A stretch of DNA of 64,000 nt from a virus. Its lineage: Duplodnaviria; Caudoviricetes. The stretch is taken from positions 1 to 64,000 of IMG/VR virus record IMGVR_UViG_3300035670_000009, one strand, 5' to 3'. This document shows, piece after piece, positions 63,502 to 64,000 of the stretch. Below the pieces are notes generated by a model. The model was not told the DNA's origin. It did no database searches and saw only the letters and a program-made list of their open reading frames with translations. A program made the position numbers and the translations under genes. Position 1 is the stretch's first letter; each line of letters begins with the position of its first letter.

Positions 63502-64000
63502 GCAGTTCCGGTGGCTCGAGTTCAATAGCAGACTCGAATAGATTAGACAACGTTGTCGCGTGCGTCACCAGCAGACACTGCAGCCCCTTGGCGGTCGACA
63601 GCTCGCGCAACTTTTCTAAGACCGGCGCCAGCGCGCGAATTCGGGGCTGATCCAGTGACGCAGTCGGCTCGTCCAGTGCGAGCAGTCCAATCTCTTCGGC
63701 GAACTGAGCGTTGACAGCCACGCGGAAAGCCAAGGCCAATACAGTTTTCTGGCCGATGGAGAGCCGCTGCGCAACCTGTCGGCGGCCATCGTAGAACTCT
63801 GCAATAAAGGTCGGCGTACCGTCTTCAGCTACCTTGACCTGGAAGTTCACCTGGAAGATACGTAGCAGCTCATTGATTGAAGCCTCTAATCGCTGCAGGT
63901 TGCGCTGGGCCACAAGCCGCGGCGCGTTCTTGAGGGCCTCGCGTGTTCGTTCTGCTCGCTCAACCCAAGTGCGCAGCCGGGCGGCCGTCTGTTCGGCGGC
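63479..64000 (-). CDS. sbcC: SbcC/Rad50/SMC-family ATPase, C-terminal part (5' beyond the window edge)
   Basis: LSIGQ signature, LALDEPTASLD Walker B/D-loop, LVTH H-loop, preceded by coiled coil. Confidence 0.8.
   Translation of the reverse strand, partial: AAEQTAARLRTWVERAERTREALKNAPRLVAQRNLQRLEASINELLRIFQVNFQVKVAEDGTPTFIAEFYDGRRQVAQRLSIGQKTVLALAFRVAVNAQFAEEIGLLALDEPTASLDQPRIRALAPVLEKLRELSTAKGLQCLLVTHATTLSNLFESAIELEPPELRHALTNG

Noticed and set aside
63770-63800. LSIGQ instead of LSGGQ in the ABC signature as a sign of inactivation
   Set aside because: Signature variation is common in Rad50/SbcC-like phage ATPases, and Walker B, D-loop and H-loop are intact.
7-63804. Numerous plus-strand ORFs in the six-frame track
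   Set aside because: They are antisense shadows of minus-strand genes with clear motifs or operon coupling, an expected effect of GC-rich codon bias.
1-64000. Alternative genetic code (stop-codon reassignment, seen in some huge phages)
   Set aside because: Polymerase, RecA, helicases and tdk are full-length under the standard code, and no suppressor tRNA is present.

Overview
This 64 kb window is from a large, GC-rich dsDNA tailed phage (jumbo-type, standard genetic code), and every supported gene lies on the minus strand. From right to left it carries: (1) a DNA replication/repair block with an SbcC/Rad50 ATPase (truncated by the window edge), an SF2 helicase containing an Ala1 LAGLIDADG intein, a DnaB-like helicase, primase, a UDG-domain-fused family A polymerase, RecA and RuvC; (2) a portal-like gene, glycosyltransferases, an HD hydrolase, tmk and tdk; (3) many small accessory genes plus tmRNA, tRNA-Thr and tRNA-Lys; (4) an array of self-contained expression cassettes at about 11.9-19 kb; (5) multi-module virion-type proteins and a tail-fibre/collagen block interleaved with glycan-modifying enzymes. 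The strongest unexplained signals are non-coding. These are a 12-bp palindrome AWAGATATCTWT every 2-6 kb regardless of reading frame, a 7-copy exact-spacing promoter GCTAAA-N16-GGCATAT, a family of four structured 5' leaders with a CGGGUGA loop and compensatory changes, an ORF-less ~310-nt hairpin-rich RNA cassette, and a 73-bp duplication giving a TylF methyltransferase and a kinase/helicase fusion the same N-terminal peptide. Protein family calls come from motif recognition by eye; no database searches were run.
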